Source of the DNA: a virus
DNA length: 64,000 nt
Direction: 5' to 3' (one strand)
Virus record (IMG/VR): IMGVR_UViG_3300037722_000745
Location: 229,116-293,115 of that record
In this document: in pieces, positions 32,602 to 43,562 of the stretch
How positions within the stretch are numbered: the first letter of the stretch is position 1
Layout of the letters: every line of letters starts with the position of its first letter
Made by a program: the position numbers and the translations under genes
The notes under the pieces: model-generated
The model's database searches: none
What the model saw: only the letters and a program-made list of their open reading frames with translations
Told to the model about the DNA's origin: nothing

Positions 32602-32750
32602 TTTGGTTTCTGGCGCGGTCAGTTGTAATACCCTACTGACTCTCCTTACAAGGTCACTGATCACGTCCTAGCTCAGAGCAGACGGTAACGAGGTCTACGA
32701 ACTCGTACTTGGAGCGTCCAAGTACGAGTTCGACAAGAGGAGCAAAGAGA

Positions 32751-33104
32751 ATGGGAACTAGGCCCTATACGCAACTGTGGTTAGGCACTAAGGCAGGTTA
32801 TCTGGAGGACTTGTTGTTGTACCCCGGCGCAGATAGGGAGTATGAAGATCCGTACGATTGGAATGAGGAGAACAAAGGGAAGATGGGTGTGGAAGTCGTT
32901 GATGTCCTCGGCGGCATTGGCGGGCTTAAGTACGCCCTGGCGCTTGAGTGCTACAGCACCGGTTGGACTGACGGCCTGGAGCTTAACTTGCGCTCGTCGA
33001 AGATAACTGCGGAAGAAACGGAGCGCATGCAAGCTGCGGCCAAGATGTTGAGCTGGAAGCTGGAGGGGCCAATCACGTGGTGGCTTGCCGCCGCATTCGC
33101 GTAG
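32751..33104 (+). CDS. Hypothetical protein
   Basis: GAGGAG RBS. Confidence 0.65.
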   Translation: MGTRPYTQLWLGTKAGYLEDLLLYPGADREYEDPYDWNEENKGKMGVEVVDVLGGIGGLKYALALECYSTGWTDGLELNLRSSKITAEETERMQAAAKMLSWKLEGPITWWLAAAFA

Positions 33105-33158
33105 TGAAAAGGGTGATCAAGCAACAAGCGCCGGTGGCACGGATGAAGCTCAGAGGGA

Positions 33159-33968
33159 ATGCGTAGAATAATCATCGGTGACGTTCACGGTTGCTTGGAA
33201 GAGTGGCGTGAATTGTTGAAGGTACTGTCCTTCCGAAAAGGTGAGGATTTCCTGCTGCAAGTGGGTGACCTTCTGGACCGAGGGCCCGATCCGGTGGGTT
33301 GCGTCCGCTACGCTCGCGAGTTGGGGGCCATCGTTCTCATGGGCAACCACGAGGAAAAGCACCTCCGCTGGAGGCGGCACGAGGACCGGCGGGCGGCAGT
33401 GCTCCGCGAGGGGCGGACCCCCAAGAAGAACCCCATGAAGGCATTCAGTGAGACCAAGGCCGCTCAGAATGCGGCGCTCTCGGATGACGACATCGCCTGG
33501 ATAGCCAGCCTACCGCTTTCCTACGATCTCGGCGGCGGTCTGCATGCGGTCCACGCGGGCTGTGAGCCTCGCTACTCCATCGCGGATCAGAGTCGAGATG
33601 TGTTGACCCGCTTGCGGTACGTCGGGACCGAAGAAGGCCATAAGCGGTTCGATCGCATGGTCGGCTACGCTGCGGGCTCGCTCGATCAACCGGAGAACAC
33701 GATCTACTGGTCGGAGCGGTGGCAGGGCCCAGAGAGCATCGTCTACGGACACGCTGTGCACTCGCTCACGGAACCTAAGATTGACGCCTTCCCGGGCGGT
33801 CGGTGTTACGGGATCGACACTGGGTGTTGTTTCGGGGGTCGGTTGACCGCGATGGTACTCGAAGATGGCCGAGAACCGGAGTTCGTGCAGGTCCAGGCCC
33901 GCGAGGCGTACTCTGAGCTGTACCAGAAACGTCCCGATGGTTCGTGTGGGGAGCCTGGGCCCGCATGA
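33159..33968 (+). CDS. PPP-family metallophosphoesterase (PrpE/ApaH-like)
   Basis: GDVHG, GDLLDRG, GNHE, VHAG, YGH, IDTG. Confidence 0.93.
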   Translation: MRRIIIGDVHGCLEEWRELLKVLSFRKGEDFLLQVGDLLDRGPDPVGCVRYARELGAIVLMGNHEEKHLRWRRHEDRRAAVLREGRTPKKNPMKAFSETKAAQNAALSDDDIAWIASLPLSYDLGGGLHAVHAGCEPRYSIADQSRDVLTRLRYVGTEEGHKRFDRMVGYAAGSLDQPENTIYWSERWQGPESIVYGHAVHSLTEPKIDAFPGGRCYGIDTGCCFGGRLTAMVLEDGREPEFVQVQAREAYSELYQKRPDGSCGEPGPA

Positions 33969-34780
33969 GAAACATGGTCATCGCCCCCAAGCCCGGCAAG
34001 AAGGGCCGCTCGTTTACCGCCGTGTTGTTGGCGTCGGTCGAAGCGGATCTTCTCTGGTCTGGGGGGATGACCGACACCGATAACCAGCGTCCCGTATGGG
34101 CCATGTTTGGTGGTTCCGAAAACGAATTGCGAGCCTTCATGGCCAACCTGATGTCAGGTCGAATCGCGGTGTTCCCAAAGTCCAACGGGTACAGCCGATC
34201 TCGAGACGAGTGTGTTGAAATCCTACGGTCGGCCGGTTACCGCATCGTTTGGCAACGCGAAGCCGAAGGCGCTTTGGCGACGATCTACCTCCCCGACTTG
34301 TTTCAGATTGACCCTGGACTGGTTGACCCAGAGGGGATTAAATTCATCTTGTTGCCAACTCAAGCGTGGGTGGATGAGCAACGGATTGACCCCTACCCAC
34401 TGATCTCCCACGCGCAGCGAAGTTACGATCTCCCAGACGAGCAGCTCGCCTCGTGGGTGTCAATCGCGCACCTCTTCATTGCGTACTTGGACCGGCGGAC
34501 CCGTTGCCCCCTGGTAGCGGATGGTCGGTTTTTTCTACAACTGATGCTGGCGTGCCTGAGAGATGGGCTCGCAAGCTTTACTACGGACGACACTCATTAC
34601 TACTACCGCAATGAGAAAATAGGGTTCGGGATCCACCCACAAGCACGGTACTATGAGAAGAACACATCCAAAGTTGGGCTCTCTCCGGGCCTGGTGTTTT
34701 CTGCATCCCACGAGAGATTTGAGAAGCTGTTAGCGGAAGAGGTTTCTCTCTACTTCCAGCACGCCCAAGGGGTCTCCTGA
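33965..34780 (+). CDS. Conserved hypothetical protein coupled to the MTase-helicase
   Basis: Overlapping start/stop with both neighbours. Confidence 0.75.
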   Translation: MRNMVIAPKPGKKGRSFTAVLLASVEADLLWSGGMTDTDNQRPVWAMFGGSENELRAFMANLMSGRIAVFPKSNGYSRSRDECVEILRSAGYRIVWQREAEGALATIYLPDLFQIDPGLVDPEGIKFILLPTQAWVDEQRIDPYPLISHAQRSYDLPDEQLASWVSIAHLFIAYLDRRTRCPLVADGRFFLQLMLACLRDGLASFTTDDTHYYYRNEKIGFGIHPQARYYEKNTSKVGLSPGLVFSASHERFEKLLAEEVSLYFQHAQGVS

Positions 34781-37700
34781 TGGCTCGTATTGAATCGGTT
34801 GCCGTTGGGGGCTATTACAAGACACCAACGCATCTTCTCCCGCGGATCACTCCGCTATTGGCTCCCTACCACGGAGACGAGACAGTCTCGTTTATGGATC
34901 CTTGCGCGGGTGAAGGGGAGGCCATTCTACATCTGGCCCAGGCGTGGATTAAAAACCAGAAGATCCAACTCTACACTTGCGAAATGGAGGCCACGCGAGC
35001 GGGCACCCTCCAAAAGATCTGCAAAGACAACCACTGGGGCTGGGTTAGGACTTCAATCCACGGTGATGCTTTCTGTGTGACCTTCAACGGAGAGGGAGTG
35101 TCAGTCCTGTTTCTGAACCCTCCGTATGACACAGATAGGGTTCACGGGCGACTTGAGCACAAGTTCCTGTCTCGGTTCACCTCGGGTTTGAAGCCCGGGG
35201 GTGGGGTCTTGTTGTTTGTGGTTCCTCACTACGCTCTCGCCGCGTCTGCAGAGTTTCTGGCAACCGAGTACGACGATCCACACTGTTTCAAATTCCCGGA
35301 GGAGGATTTTGCATCCTTCAAACAGGTCGTACTGTTCGCTCGCCGTTTGAGCGAACCAAGATTGGTTCCAGAGCCTACCCTCAAGGAGAGGATTAAGGGT
35401 TGGGCTACCGATCCAAGTAACCTCCCAGAGTTGCCCAACCTAGTCTCGAAGCCTCTGGGTGAGGTCTTACCTTCATCGAGTTATCGTGGCTCTCTAAGCG
35501 AATGGAGGCTGCAACCTACAGACATGATCGGGCTCATCGGCAAAGCCCGACCGTGGACTTTCAGTTCTCGGGGCGGTCATCAAGTCCCGGTTCTTGGGGT
35601 CTTGCCCGACGTCCCGATTGAGAGCTTATTGCTCCGGAAGTACCCTGTTGCAACCCCACCCCGGCCGGCCCACATTGCAGCCGGTATCGCGGCTGGGATC
35701 TTCAACGGATCCCGAGTGGAGCCGACAGATTCGAGCACGAGGCTTCCACCGCTCCTGGTCAAGGGTGTGTTCGATCAGGAGTGGAGGACGGTTGAAGAGA
35801 AGACCAACAAGAAGGGCGAAGTCACGTCAGTTGTTCAAGTGCAGCAGCCCAAACTCGTAGCCACGGTGTTGGACCTCACCACGTACCAGTACCACACACT
35901 CCAGGAGAATGACTCAGAGAGCCCTGACGTCGGGACTCTTTCTGTCGCTGGTCTGCTCAAACACTACGGCGACAGTTTGATGGAGGTCATGGAAAAGCAG
36001 TGCCCTATCCTGTATGACCCCCGCAAGGACGGGGACAGCATCCCCCTGGCCCCCACGGCCCGCACGCTGTACATCGCCCAACAACACGCTACCAAGGCCC
36101 TGGTGAAGCTTCTAGGCGGTCCTGGGCTGCCTCTGAAGGCGCGGCGGGGTAAGGGTGCGATCCTCCTCGGAGAGATCGGATCAGGGAAAACCTCGGTTTC
36201 GATCTCTCTCGTCAACACCATTGGATCCAAGCGCCCATTGGTGTTGTGCCCGCCCCACCTGTTGGACTCGTGGAGAGACGAGGCAGCACAAGTCTTACCC
36301 GATGTCGAAGTCCGCGTGCTTCGCTCTGTGGGGGACATCGAAGCTCTCGCAGCGGATACTCAAAAAGAGATGATCTTGTCCGTGGTTTCACGTGAAACCG
36401 CGAAGCTTTCTCATGGCTGGGAAGGTGTAGGCCCCCTGTGCCCGAGATGTGGATCGCCAACGCCTAAGGTCGACTTAGCTCGCAAGAGAATGCGTTGTAA
36501 AGCAAGGCATCTCGTACCTACAGGGAAGCTCGAGACCCGGAAGCTCAATGGCCCACTGGCTAGGCTGGTGCTTAAACTCGCCAACCAGCTCATTCCGTAC
36601 GATCCAACTGACCCTACTGTGGAATACCTTCTGCAAGGTCGTTGGGATCGCAAGCGGATTGCATTCTATAAAGGTAAGTACAACGAAGACACCCCACCGG
36701 TGTTCCCAGGGTTCACGCCGAACTATTTTGACGATGTTCTAGACGCGCTACTTCCTCGGTTCAGTGAGGGTGACCGGGTTGCCAAAGCCATCGTGTGGAT
36801 CTTGCTGTGCTTGGGAAGTGTAGAGCGTGTGGCCCAAGTAGCGGAGCACTTCTTAAGTCAACCAAGGGTTGACTACCGGCTAAGGGACTTTGGGCGTCAT
36901 CTATTGTTCCTACTACCGCCGAACGGTCAACGTCAACTGGAGTTGATCCACCGTTACGGGGACAACAACCATGACGTGTGGAACCCCTGGGGCCAGCTTT
37001 TGAATCAGGTCTCGGAAGAGCAACAAGGGCTCCACTCCCACGTGGCAGGTCTACCTCTTCTTTGGGAAGGTGGGCGCCTTACGGTTGAAAAGGCTGAGGC
37101 TAGAAGCTTAGGGGCGGCTAAAGCGGCTCTGACGATTCTTAGCCGCTTGTCGGGGCTCCAATGGTCCAAACCATGCGGCGAGATTTTGTTCCAAGCAGTC
37201 CCCGAACCTCGTCGAGTCGCTTTGGCGGATCACATTTACCACCGTTACCCCGCACTGTTCGACGCTTTAATCTTGGACGAGTGTCACGAGTACTCTACGG
37301 CCGGTTCCGCTCAACAACAGGCGGGCCACCGATTGACAGGGCTTGGTCTTCCCACCTTATTGATGACCGGCAGCGTCATGAACGGTTATGCGGAGAGCCT
37401 CTTCATGAACATGTGGGCGATCTCGCCACCGTTCCGCGAAGAGTTTGTCCGCAGTGACAAGAGCAAGTTCAACGATCGCTACGGCTACCGTAAACGTCTG
37501 CTCCAGGATCGCGATGAGGAAGGCTCGGTTGTGGAATTCGGCTCGATGTCGGATCGAGTCACACGATCCAACCGAGTCATCGGCAATGCTCCTGGTGTCC
37601 TTCCGCTGTTCTTGCTGCGACATCTCCTGCCGATCTCGGTCACGTTACACAAGGCCGATCTTGCATTGGAGCTGCCTCCGTGCACTCAGGAGAGGGAGTT

Positions 37701-38577
37701 GATCGATCCAGACCCAGAGCTGCTTAAGCGCTATCGGGTTCTCCAGACCAAGCTCATCGCGCAGATCCGCAAAGACCAATTCAACCCGGAATTGGCAGGA
37801 AAGCTTTTCGGGCAACTTGCCGAACTGCCGAGTTACCTTGATCGTGCGACGGCCGACACTGGAAACACGGAGGAGGGGGACTACACGATTCGTTACCCTG
37901 AGTCAGTTGGAAACGAGGTTGTTGCCACACAACCACCGCTGCCGGCCTCTGAAGTCTTACCCAAGGAAGAGTGGCTCCTAAGAAAAGTTCAACAGGAACT
38001 GTCCGAGGGGCGTAACGTCCTCGTGTTCTCGTGGCACACGTCCCTTCTCCAGCGGTACGCCCGCCTCATCTCGGATCACATCGATCAAAAGGTTCCGATT
38101 CTTTACGCTAACAAAGTTGGTACAGCAAAGCGCCAGGAGTGGATCACGAAACAGGTCGTCAAGAAGGGGGTGCGAGTTCTCGTGACCAATCCGATTGTGA
38201 TCCAAACAGGGCTCAACAACTTGGTGCACTTTGCGACAGAATTGTGGATGGAGAACCCCGCGTGTAACCCAATTATCTACCGCCAAGCCGTGGGGCGAGT
38301 CGATCGTATCGGGCAGCGGATCCCCACCCGAATATTCTCTCCCATCTACGCCGGAACGCTTCAGCAGCAGCTCTATGACCTGCTGCTCCAAAAGGTGGCT
38401 GTCAGTGTCTCGACGGACGGGCTCGACCCTGAGTCCGCTCTCCTGGCCGCGGGAATCGGTACAGACGCCTTCATGACGGGACTCAGTATTGGTAAGCAGC
38501 TTTGGGCTATGCTGTCTGAGGGTTTCACGGTCAACCCGAAGGAACAGGAGGAGAACCGGGCGTATGGACAGGTCTAA
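34780..38577 (+). CDS. Adenine methyltransferase-SF2 (SNF2-like) helicase fusion
   Basis: GYYKTP, DPCAGEG, NPPY; GEIGSGKT, DECH, TGS, TGLN, QAVGRVDRIGQ. Confidence 0.92.
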   Translation: MARIESVAVGGYYKTPTHLLPRITPLLAPYHGDETVSFMDPCAGEGEAILHLAQAWIKNQKIQLYTCEMEATRAGTLQKICKDNHWGWVRTSIHGDAFCVTFNGEGVSVLFLNPPYDTDRVHGRLEHKFLSRFTSGLKPGGGVLLFVVPHYALAASAEFLATEYDDPHCFKFPEEDFASFKQVVLFARRLSEPRLVPEPTLKERIKGWATDPSNLPELPNLVSKPLGEVLPSSSYRGSLSEWRLQPTDMIGLIGKARPWTFSSRGGHQVPVLGVLPDVPIESLLLRKYPVATPPRPAHIAAGIAAGIFNGSRVEPTDSSTRLPPLLVKGVFDQEWRTVEEKTNKKGEVTSVVQVQQPKLVATVLDLTTYQYHTLQENDSESPDVGTLSVAGLLKHYGDSLMEVMEKQCPILYDPRKDGDSIPLAPTARTLYIAQQHATKALVKLLGGPGLPLKARRGKGAILLGEIGSGKTSVSISLVNTIGSKRPLVLCPPHLLDSWRDEAAQVLPDVEVRVLRSVGDIEALAADTQKEMILSVVSRETAKLSHGWEGVGPLCPRCGSPTPKVDLARKRMRCKARHLVPTGKLETRKLNGPLARLVLKLANQLIPYDPTDPTVEYLLQGRWDRKRIAFYKGKYNEDTPPVFPGFTPNYFDDVLDALLPRFSEGDRVAKAIVWILLCLGSVERVAQVAEHFLSQPRVDYRLRDFGRHLLFLLPPNGQRQLELIHRYGDNNHDVWNPWGQLLNQVSEEQQGLHSHVAGLPLLWEGGRLTVEKAEARSLGAAKAALTILSRLSGLQWSKPCGEILFQAVPEPRRVALADHIYHRYPALFDALILDECHEYSTAGSAQQQAGHRLTGLGLPTLLMTGSVMNGYAESLFMNMWAISPPFREEFVRSDKSKFNDRYGYRKRLLQDRDEEGSVVEFGSMSDRVTRSNRVIGNAPGVLPLFLLRHLLPISVTLHKADLALELPPCTQERELIDPDPELLKRYRVLQTKLIAQIRKDQFNPELAGKLFGQLAELPSYLDRATADTGNTEEGDYTIRYPESVGNEVVATQPPLPASEVLPKEEWLLRKVQQELSEGRNVLVFSWHTSLLQRYARLISDHIDQKVPILYANKVGTAKRQEWITKQVVKKGVRVLVTNPIVIQTGLNNLVHFATELWMENPACNPIIYRQAVGRVDRIGQRIPTRIFSPIYAGTLQQQLYDLLLQKVAVSVSTDGLDPESALLAAGIGTDAFMTGLSIGKQLWAMLSEGFTVNPKEQEENRAYGQV

Positions 38578-39112
38578 AATATCGGAACTCAAAGCAGAGA
38601 TCTTGAGCCTCGTCCAAGAACGGACGCCCCTAATCTGTCGCTACACAGAGAGCCACCAAGACTTGAACTCCAGCTATTTCAGATTCACTCTGGCAGTCGG
38701 TTTGGAAGTTGTCACCCTCAATCTAAGAATAGGCCGAGACTCCAGACATGTACTTCGTGTGAAGACTCCACACTCCATGGTTTCGATCCATCGTGAGACA
38801 TCACAGGGGTTCTTCAACGTCGAGCTGATCGTTGCGAAGATTTTAGAGTCCTTGCAGCGCGAGGCCAGTGTGCGAGATCAGCAACACCAAATCGAGCTTA
38901 GATTGAGAACTATCGTTGGAGCTGTGGCTAGACTCCGAGAGAGATCTCCGGAGAATGTCACGTTGACCCCTACGAGAGATGGCATCGACCTTCAGATCCA
39001 CGGTCTGTCGGAGGAGGATGCAGACCGTATTTTCTTGATTCTGAAGACTTCCTCTCAGACTCACAGTCATAGAAGTAGATGGGACCATCTTCTGGAAGGC
39101 CCGGAAGACTAG
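38564..39112 (+). CDS. Hypothetical protein
   Basis: ORF ending SRWDHLLE. Confidence 0.6.
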   Translation: MDRSKISELKAEILSLVQERTPLICRYTESHQDLNSSYFRFTLAVGLEVVTLNLRIGRDSRHVLRVKTPHSMVSIHRETSQGFFNVELIVAKILESLQREASVRDQQHQIELRLRTIVGAVARLRERSPENVTLTPTRDGIDLQIHGLSEEDADRIFLILKTSSQTHSHRSRWDHLLEGPED

Positions 39113-39113
39113 C

Positions 39114-39470
39114 CTAGCCATAGCCAGCTGGGAACAACCCCACACTCCGCGTAAGCTCTTGAATTTGAGCAGGCGTGAGTTCCGTATCGTAGATAGCTAC
39201 CGATTGAAGGGACTCGTCAAAAGCCGACGTGCCAGAGGGGAACTCCATCATGAATAGAACGGAAGACGATCCCCCATCTGCCGCAGTCAGGGTCCCATTT
39301 CCGACATTTAGCCCATTCACGTAGAGATTGATGTCAGTCCCAGCGACATCACGAGTGCCGGCCACGACGTTCCACGCGTGAGGTAGCACGCTAATTGCAG
39401 AATCGAAGATGTCATCAGTTCCACTACCATGCTCGTGGTGCCAACGAATGCAGCGTGGAGGCGTCTCCAG
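39114..39470 (-). pseudogene. C-terminal LamG paralog fragment
   Basis: RWHHEHGSGTDDIFDS...MEFPSGTSAFDE..QSVA aligns with 39924-40628; no N terminus. Confidence 0.75.
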
Positions 39471-39475
39471 CTGGG

Positions 39476-39817
39476 CTACCTACGGTGATGTCCGAAGCAA
39501 CTCCCAAGCCAACAACCCCGGTAGTTGGCTAAAGTGCCGGCGACAGCAACTGAAGCAGCGAAAGCGAACTCGGTGTTGGGTATGGCCTTCATCCGGCCTG
39601 AGTACCGGTAGCTGTTGCCAGCACTGTGGCTCATCGTATGGGATATACCGAGCCCAGGACCAAGGTAAGAGGAAGAGGCCAAAGACCCTGGATCAAACAG
39701 AATCCAGTTGGACAGCGTGTCGGTCTCGAAGTAGTCCGATACTGCATCAAGACCAGACGCTGGACGGGCATGGACATCAAGCACAGAGACTTGATTCGGT
39801 CTCCTAAGGTATGTCAC
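39476..39817 (-). CDS. Truncated virion-like protein
   Basis: ORF breaks into the LamG fragment out of frame. Confidence 0.45.
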   Translation of the reverse strand: MTYLRRPNQVSVLDVHARPASGLDAVSDYFETDTLSNWILFDPGSLASSSYLGPGLGISHTMSHSAGNSYRYSGRMKAIPNTEFAFAASVAVAGTLANYRGCWLGSCFGHHRR

Positions 39818-39923
39818 ACCTACCGCCTCCAGAAAACACGAACCCAGTTAAGAGGACCTCTGCCTCTAACCAAGTGCCTTTCTTAGCCAACCTGCCAAAC
39901 GAGTCCGACTTGCCTGCCATGCC

Positions 39924-40628
39924 TCACCCTAGACCCTGCGGAAGAATCCCTGTACGTCGAGCAAGCTCTCGTACTTGAAGAGGTGTCAACTCCGCGTCGA
40001 AGACAGCAACTGACTGTATAGCCTCATCGAACGGAGACGTGCCACCCGGAAACTCCATGAGAAAAAACGTCCCGGAGGTACCGCCACTAGGTGCCGTTAC
40101 CGTCCCGCTCCCGACGTTTTCTCCATTGATGTACAGGTTGATACCAGTTCCTAGGGCATCTCTGGTAGCACAAATGTGCTGCCAGACCATCGGTTGAGCA
40201 CTGATTGTGGAATCAAAAATGTCGTCAGTGCCGCTGCCATGTTCGTGGTACCAGCGGAGCTTATTTCCGATGAAGCTCAAGTTCCAAATCGTATTGGTAG
40301 CTAAGGATTCTCCTGACCCGCCATACCCCACAATACCCTGCCACCCTGAAAAGCTGACAACCCGCACCAAGGCAGCTACAGATACCGCAGCCGTTATCTG
40401 AAACGCTACATCGGCACTCTCCATCCGCCCAGAGTTTATGCAAAGCAGGTCGTGACGATACCCAACTATCTCTTCAGTAGACACGGCCTCCGTTAGCGAC
40501 CTGCCATTCCCAGAAGAATCTACTAGCTTGTTGGCCCCATCGAGCTGGTACAACGCGATTGGGGCCAACAAAGTGTCGTGTAAGCGCCGTCTAGCTATTC
40601 CTGATATGTACGTCACACCAATCGCCAC
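39924..40628 (-). CDS. LamG/concanavalin A-like protein (tail-associated)
   Basis: LYQLD...DSSGNG...WQHICAT...LYING...VAVFDAELT. Confidence 0.88.
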   Translation of the reverse strand: MAIGVTYISGIARRRLHDTLLAPIALYQLDGANKLVDSSGNGRSLTEAVSTEEIVGYRHDLLCINSGRMESADVAFQITAAVSVAALVRVVSFSGWQGIVGYGGSGESLATNTIWNLSFIGNKLRWYHEHGSGTDDIFDSTISAQPMVWQHICATRDALGTGINLYINGENVGSGTVTAPSGGTSGTFFLMEFPGGTSPFDEAIQSVAVFDAELTPLQVRELARRTGILPQGLG

Positions 40629-41605
40629 CCTGCCCCGGTATAAAGGTAGTGCAGCGATATTCCAGCCCCTCCGAAGTCAAAGCTAGATACCAACGCTTCG
40701 GTCACGGGATCCCAGATGGTCTCTCCGTTTCCTGAGATCGTGATGTCGGTGCCATCATCGGCATCCTCTAGGATTCCAAACTCATCACCGGGATTTGGTG
40801 ATGTGGGCGCTGAAAGAGTAAAGGTGCCGCCGGAAGCGTCATATGCCTGGCGCTCTCCAACGGAGATCGTGGTGTTCGCTGCAACTGCCGCAACGAACGT
40901 AAGACCACCACTCCCACCACTTCCGGCACCGGAGACCGTAGATTGGAATCGAACGATAGCGCCGATAAAGTCAATCGCAGCCACACCTGTGACGTTGGTC
41001 AGGTGCCACTCAAGAGATAGCACTGTAGCAGCAGCCAACGGATTCGTCGCATCGCCCGCGTCCAAGGTGAACCCAGCTCGATAAAGATCACCTGCGGCCA
41101 GCCCGTTGCCAGTTGTAACCGTAACTGAATCTGTAAGCTGAGTAGAGGTCTTGGCTGGCCCTGTGCCTGTCGACAACTCCTGTGACGCCGTGTAGTCGAG
41201 TGTGAAGTCTGCGGTTGTCGAGTCAGTCTCTGTTGTGGTCAGAGCAAATACGAGATCCAAAAACACATCCCCATGATCCCACTCCGGTGGCATTACCAGG
41301 GATAGCGCAACCGTCTCATCTACAGCATCGAAGCGGAGAGCCGGGACAGTCGGGGTGGTACCGACCGTAGATGTCGTGGGGGGCGTGCTTCCAAGGGTCC
41401 AACTCTCAATCCCGATGGGACAACCAACAAGCCCGCCTGGATTCACCCATGCAGCGGATGTAGCCCCACTAGCTCTAAGAAGCTGTCCAGCTACTGGCGG
41501 TGCAGCCGCACCTACTACAACCGGGGATCCTGTCGTAGCTAGCTCCGTAGCTCCCTGTTGCCCAGGAGCCGGCTCAGTTTCTGTTTTCGTGAGATATGCT
41601 TTCAT
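40613..41605 (-). CDS. Tail fibre-like virion protein
   Basis: T/A/G-rich; C-terminal DASGGTFTLSAP..PNPGD..I...ITISGNG module. Confidence 0.75.
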   Translation of the reverse strand: MKAYLTKTETEPAPGQQGATELATTGSPVVVGAAAPPVAGQLLRASGATSAAWVNPGGLVGCPIGIESWTLGSTPPTTSTVGTTPTVPALRFDAVDETVALSLVMPPEWDHGDVFLDLVFALTTTETDSTTADFTLDYTASQELSTGTGPAKTSTQLTDSVTVTTGNGLAAGDLYRAGFTLDAGDATNPLAAATVLSLEWHLTNVTGVAAIDFIGAIVRFQSTVSGAGSGGSGGLTFVAAVAANTTISVGERQAYDASGGTFTLSAPTSPNPGDEFGILEDADDGTDITISGNGETIWDPVTEALVSSFDFGGAGISLHYLYTGAGWRLV

Positions 41606-41610
41606 ACCGG

Positions 41611-43095
41611 TTACCGCCTAGTGGCTAACGAACCGTGTGCCCCTAATACAGACGATGGAGCAGAAGCAAACGTGGTCTTGCCGTCAAAGGCCGCACCTCC
41701 ATCTTGCTGCCAGTCATTCGTTCCACCCCCTTCGCCCACGTCAGGAGCAGATGACATATGGATCCGACTAGCACCTGACTGCTGTACGACTAACTGCCCA
41801 GGAGTCTGGGCTTTGATCTTCACGCCGCCTGTCATATACACGGCCATGTCATCCAAGATCCTGACCACGGGAGAAGCGCTTTGGATGTCCACATTCGTTA
41901 ACTGTAAAGAGCCTGGCCTCCCTGTCAGATTGAATGCGCTGATGCCAGAATTTCTGATCAGAACAGGCGTGGCAGATCGACCTTGGATAACCAACAGAAA
42001 GTTCCGAGCAGTGGCTGCTGTCACGCCAACGTCTCCGCCAAAGCACCACACTTGGCCTTGGTTAACCCCGGACAACCCGGTGCCCAAGGTATCAACGCAC
42101 CAATGGCCCCACAATACTGCTTGTTGACCCACCACAGCGAACGCGTGACATGCGACGAAGACACAACCTGAGCCAAAAAAATTCTCGAATCCTGGGATCC
42201 CTAACCCGGATGCAAATCCAGCATACGCTGCCTCCCTGGACAACCCTCGGCCAAGACCGACCACGCCAGTCGTGCGGTACACGTCGAAGAAGCTCGACTC
42301 AGTATCTGCAAGGATTACTCCATACATGTACACAGGCGCTCGGCCAAAGGAGAGGCTGTCGTATGATGGTGAGTTCTGGAACCGAAGCCATTCGAACGAG
42401 AAGAACCCCTCGACGTCCAAGTGTGAGGCACTCGAAGCACCTGTATCGGCAAACGTGTGCGTCATAGACAACGGCGACGGGGTATCACCGACTACAGGGT
42501 AGGTCGCTAACACTCGACCTCCTGGATCCGGAGGAACCAGGATAGCAGTTGGTTCGATTACCCGATAACTATCACCGTCCGCCGGAGTGGCAGCAAGCTC
42601 GTCAGTTACTGGGATCAAGTCGTCTCCGCTTACATTACGGATTTGAACTCTGATCCCTGCCGCAGCACCGTCCAACCACTCGATCCACCTGTGTGCCAAC
42701 CCACCTGGTAACCCTCCACTCGTGACAAATACGCTCTTGGATGTCCCTGCTTGAGCGGTGCCGGTATGAAGAGTGGTGAATACAGAGGGATCCCATACTT
42801 CATCAGCATAAACCCGGATCCAACCACCTCCAGTGAACGAAAGACCCACAAAAAACCCGTTGTCTTCCGGCATCACATAGGTTTCGTTCCTAATGTGAAT
42901 GTTGACTTTGTGTCCGACCTCCGAGGGGAAACGTTGAAGAGCTTCTGCCAGACTTTGAAGTGGTTCGGCCTGAGTTCCAGCATTATCGTCGTCTCCTAAA
43001 CTAGGAGACACATACAGGTCAACAGTAACCGAGGATGGAACGGAATCGGTCGATCTAGTGAATAAGGTCCCAAACCCATCATTGTTGATCGCCAT
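41611..43095 (-). CDS. Tailspike/beta-helix-like virion protein
   Basis: LYVSP.GDDDNAG...PL.SL.EAL pectin-lyase-type start. Confidence 0.7.
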   Translation of the reverse strand: MAINNDGFGTLFTRSTDSVPSSVTVDLYVSPSLGDDDNAGTQAEPLQSLAEALQRFPSEVGHKVNIHIRNETYVMPEDNGFFVGLSFTGGGWIRVYADEVWDPSVFTTLHTGTAQAGTSKSVFVTSGGLPGGLAHRWIEWLDGAAAGIRVQIRNVSGDDLIPVTDELAATPADGDSYRVIEPTAILVPPDPGGRVLATYPVVGDTPSPLSMTHTFADTGASSASHLDVEGFFSFEWLRFQNSPSYDSLSFGRAPVYMYGVILADTESSFFDVYRTTGVVGLGRGLSREAAYAGFASGLGIPGFENFFGSGCVFVACHAFAVVGQQAVLWGHWCVDTLGTGLSGVNQGQVWCFGGDVGVTAATARNFLLVIQGRSATPVLIRNSGISAFNLTGRPGSLQLTNVDIQSASPVVRILDDMAVYMTGGVKIKAQTPGQLVVQQSGASRIHMSSAPDVGEGGGTNDWQQDGGAAFDGKTTFASAPSSVLGAHGSLATRR

Positions 43096-43096
43096 A

Positions 43097-43519
43097 TCAA
43101 AGTAACCGGATGTAGAATGTCATGGGGAAGGCTGTAACGTTAGTGATCGTCGTGGTTGTAAAACCACTGTTATGGATGATGTCAACGGTCCCTGTGGCAT
43201 CAACCCAATCGGCGACAACTTGCTTGAGGACATAGACAACGGGAGCAAACCCAAAGTTGTGTGTCAGAACGGTTGTGTCCGCTCCCCCACTTGCCTCCAA
43301 ATCGACTTGATCTTCAAGCGTTATAGCACCGGCCTGAGAGAACCCTTTTAAATCTCCTGCCACCGCGCTGCGTAACACTTCCGAAGTGTTTTGAAGGTAC
43401 GCCGCTGCTCCAGGCCCTAGATAGCGGTCTTCGCTGCGACGTGCTTCCGTTTGAGAAGCATGAACTACCTTCAAGTCACTCAGGTAGATCCGATTGTTCG
43501 AGATGTTAGTGACTTTCAT
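43097..43519 (-). CDS. Virion-associated hypothetical protein
   Basis: THNFGFAPVV motif; within the tail cluster. Confidence 0.7.
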   Translation of the reverse strand: MKVTNISNNRIYLSDLKVVHASQTEARRSEDRYLGPGAAAYLQNTSEVLRSAVAGDLKGFSQAGAITLEDQVDLEASGGADTTVLTHNFGFAPVVYVLKQVVADWVDATGTVDIIHNSGFTTTTITNVTAFPMTFYIRLL

Positions 43520-43562
43520 TTAGCTTGCTCTAGCCACCTAGGCGGGCCAATCAAAAGACTAC

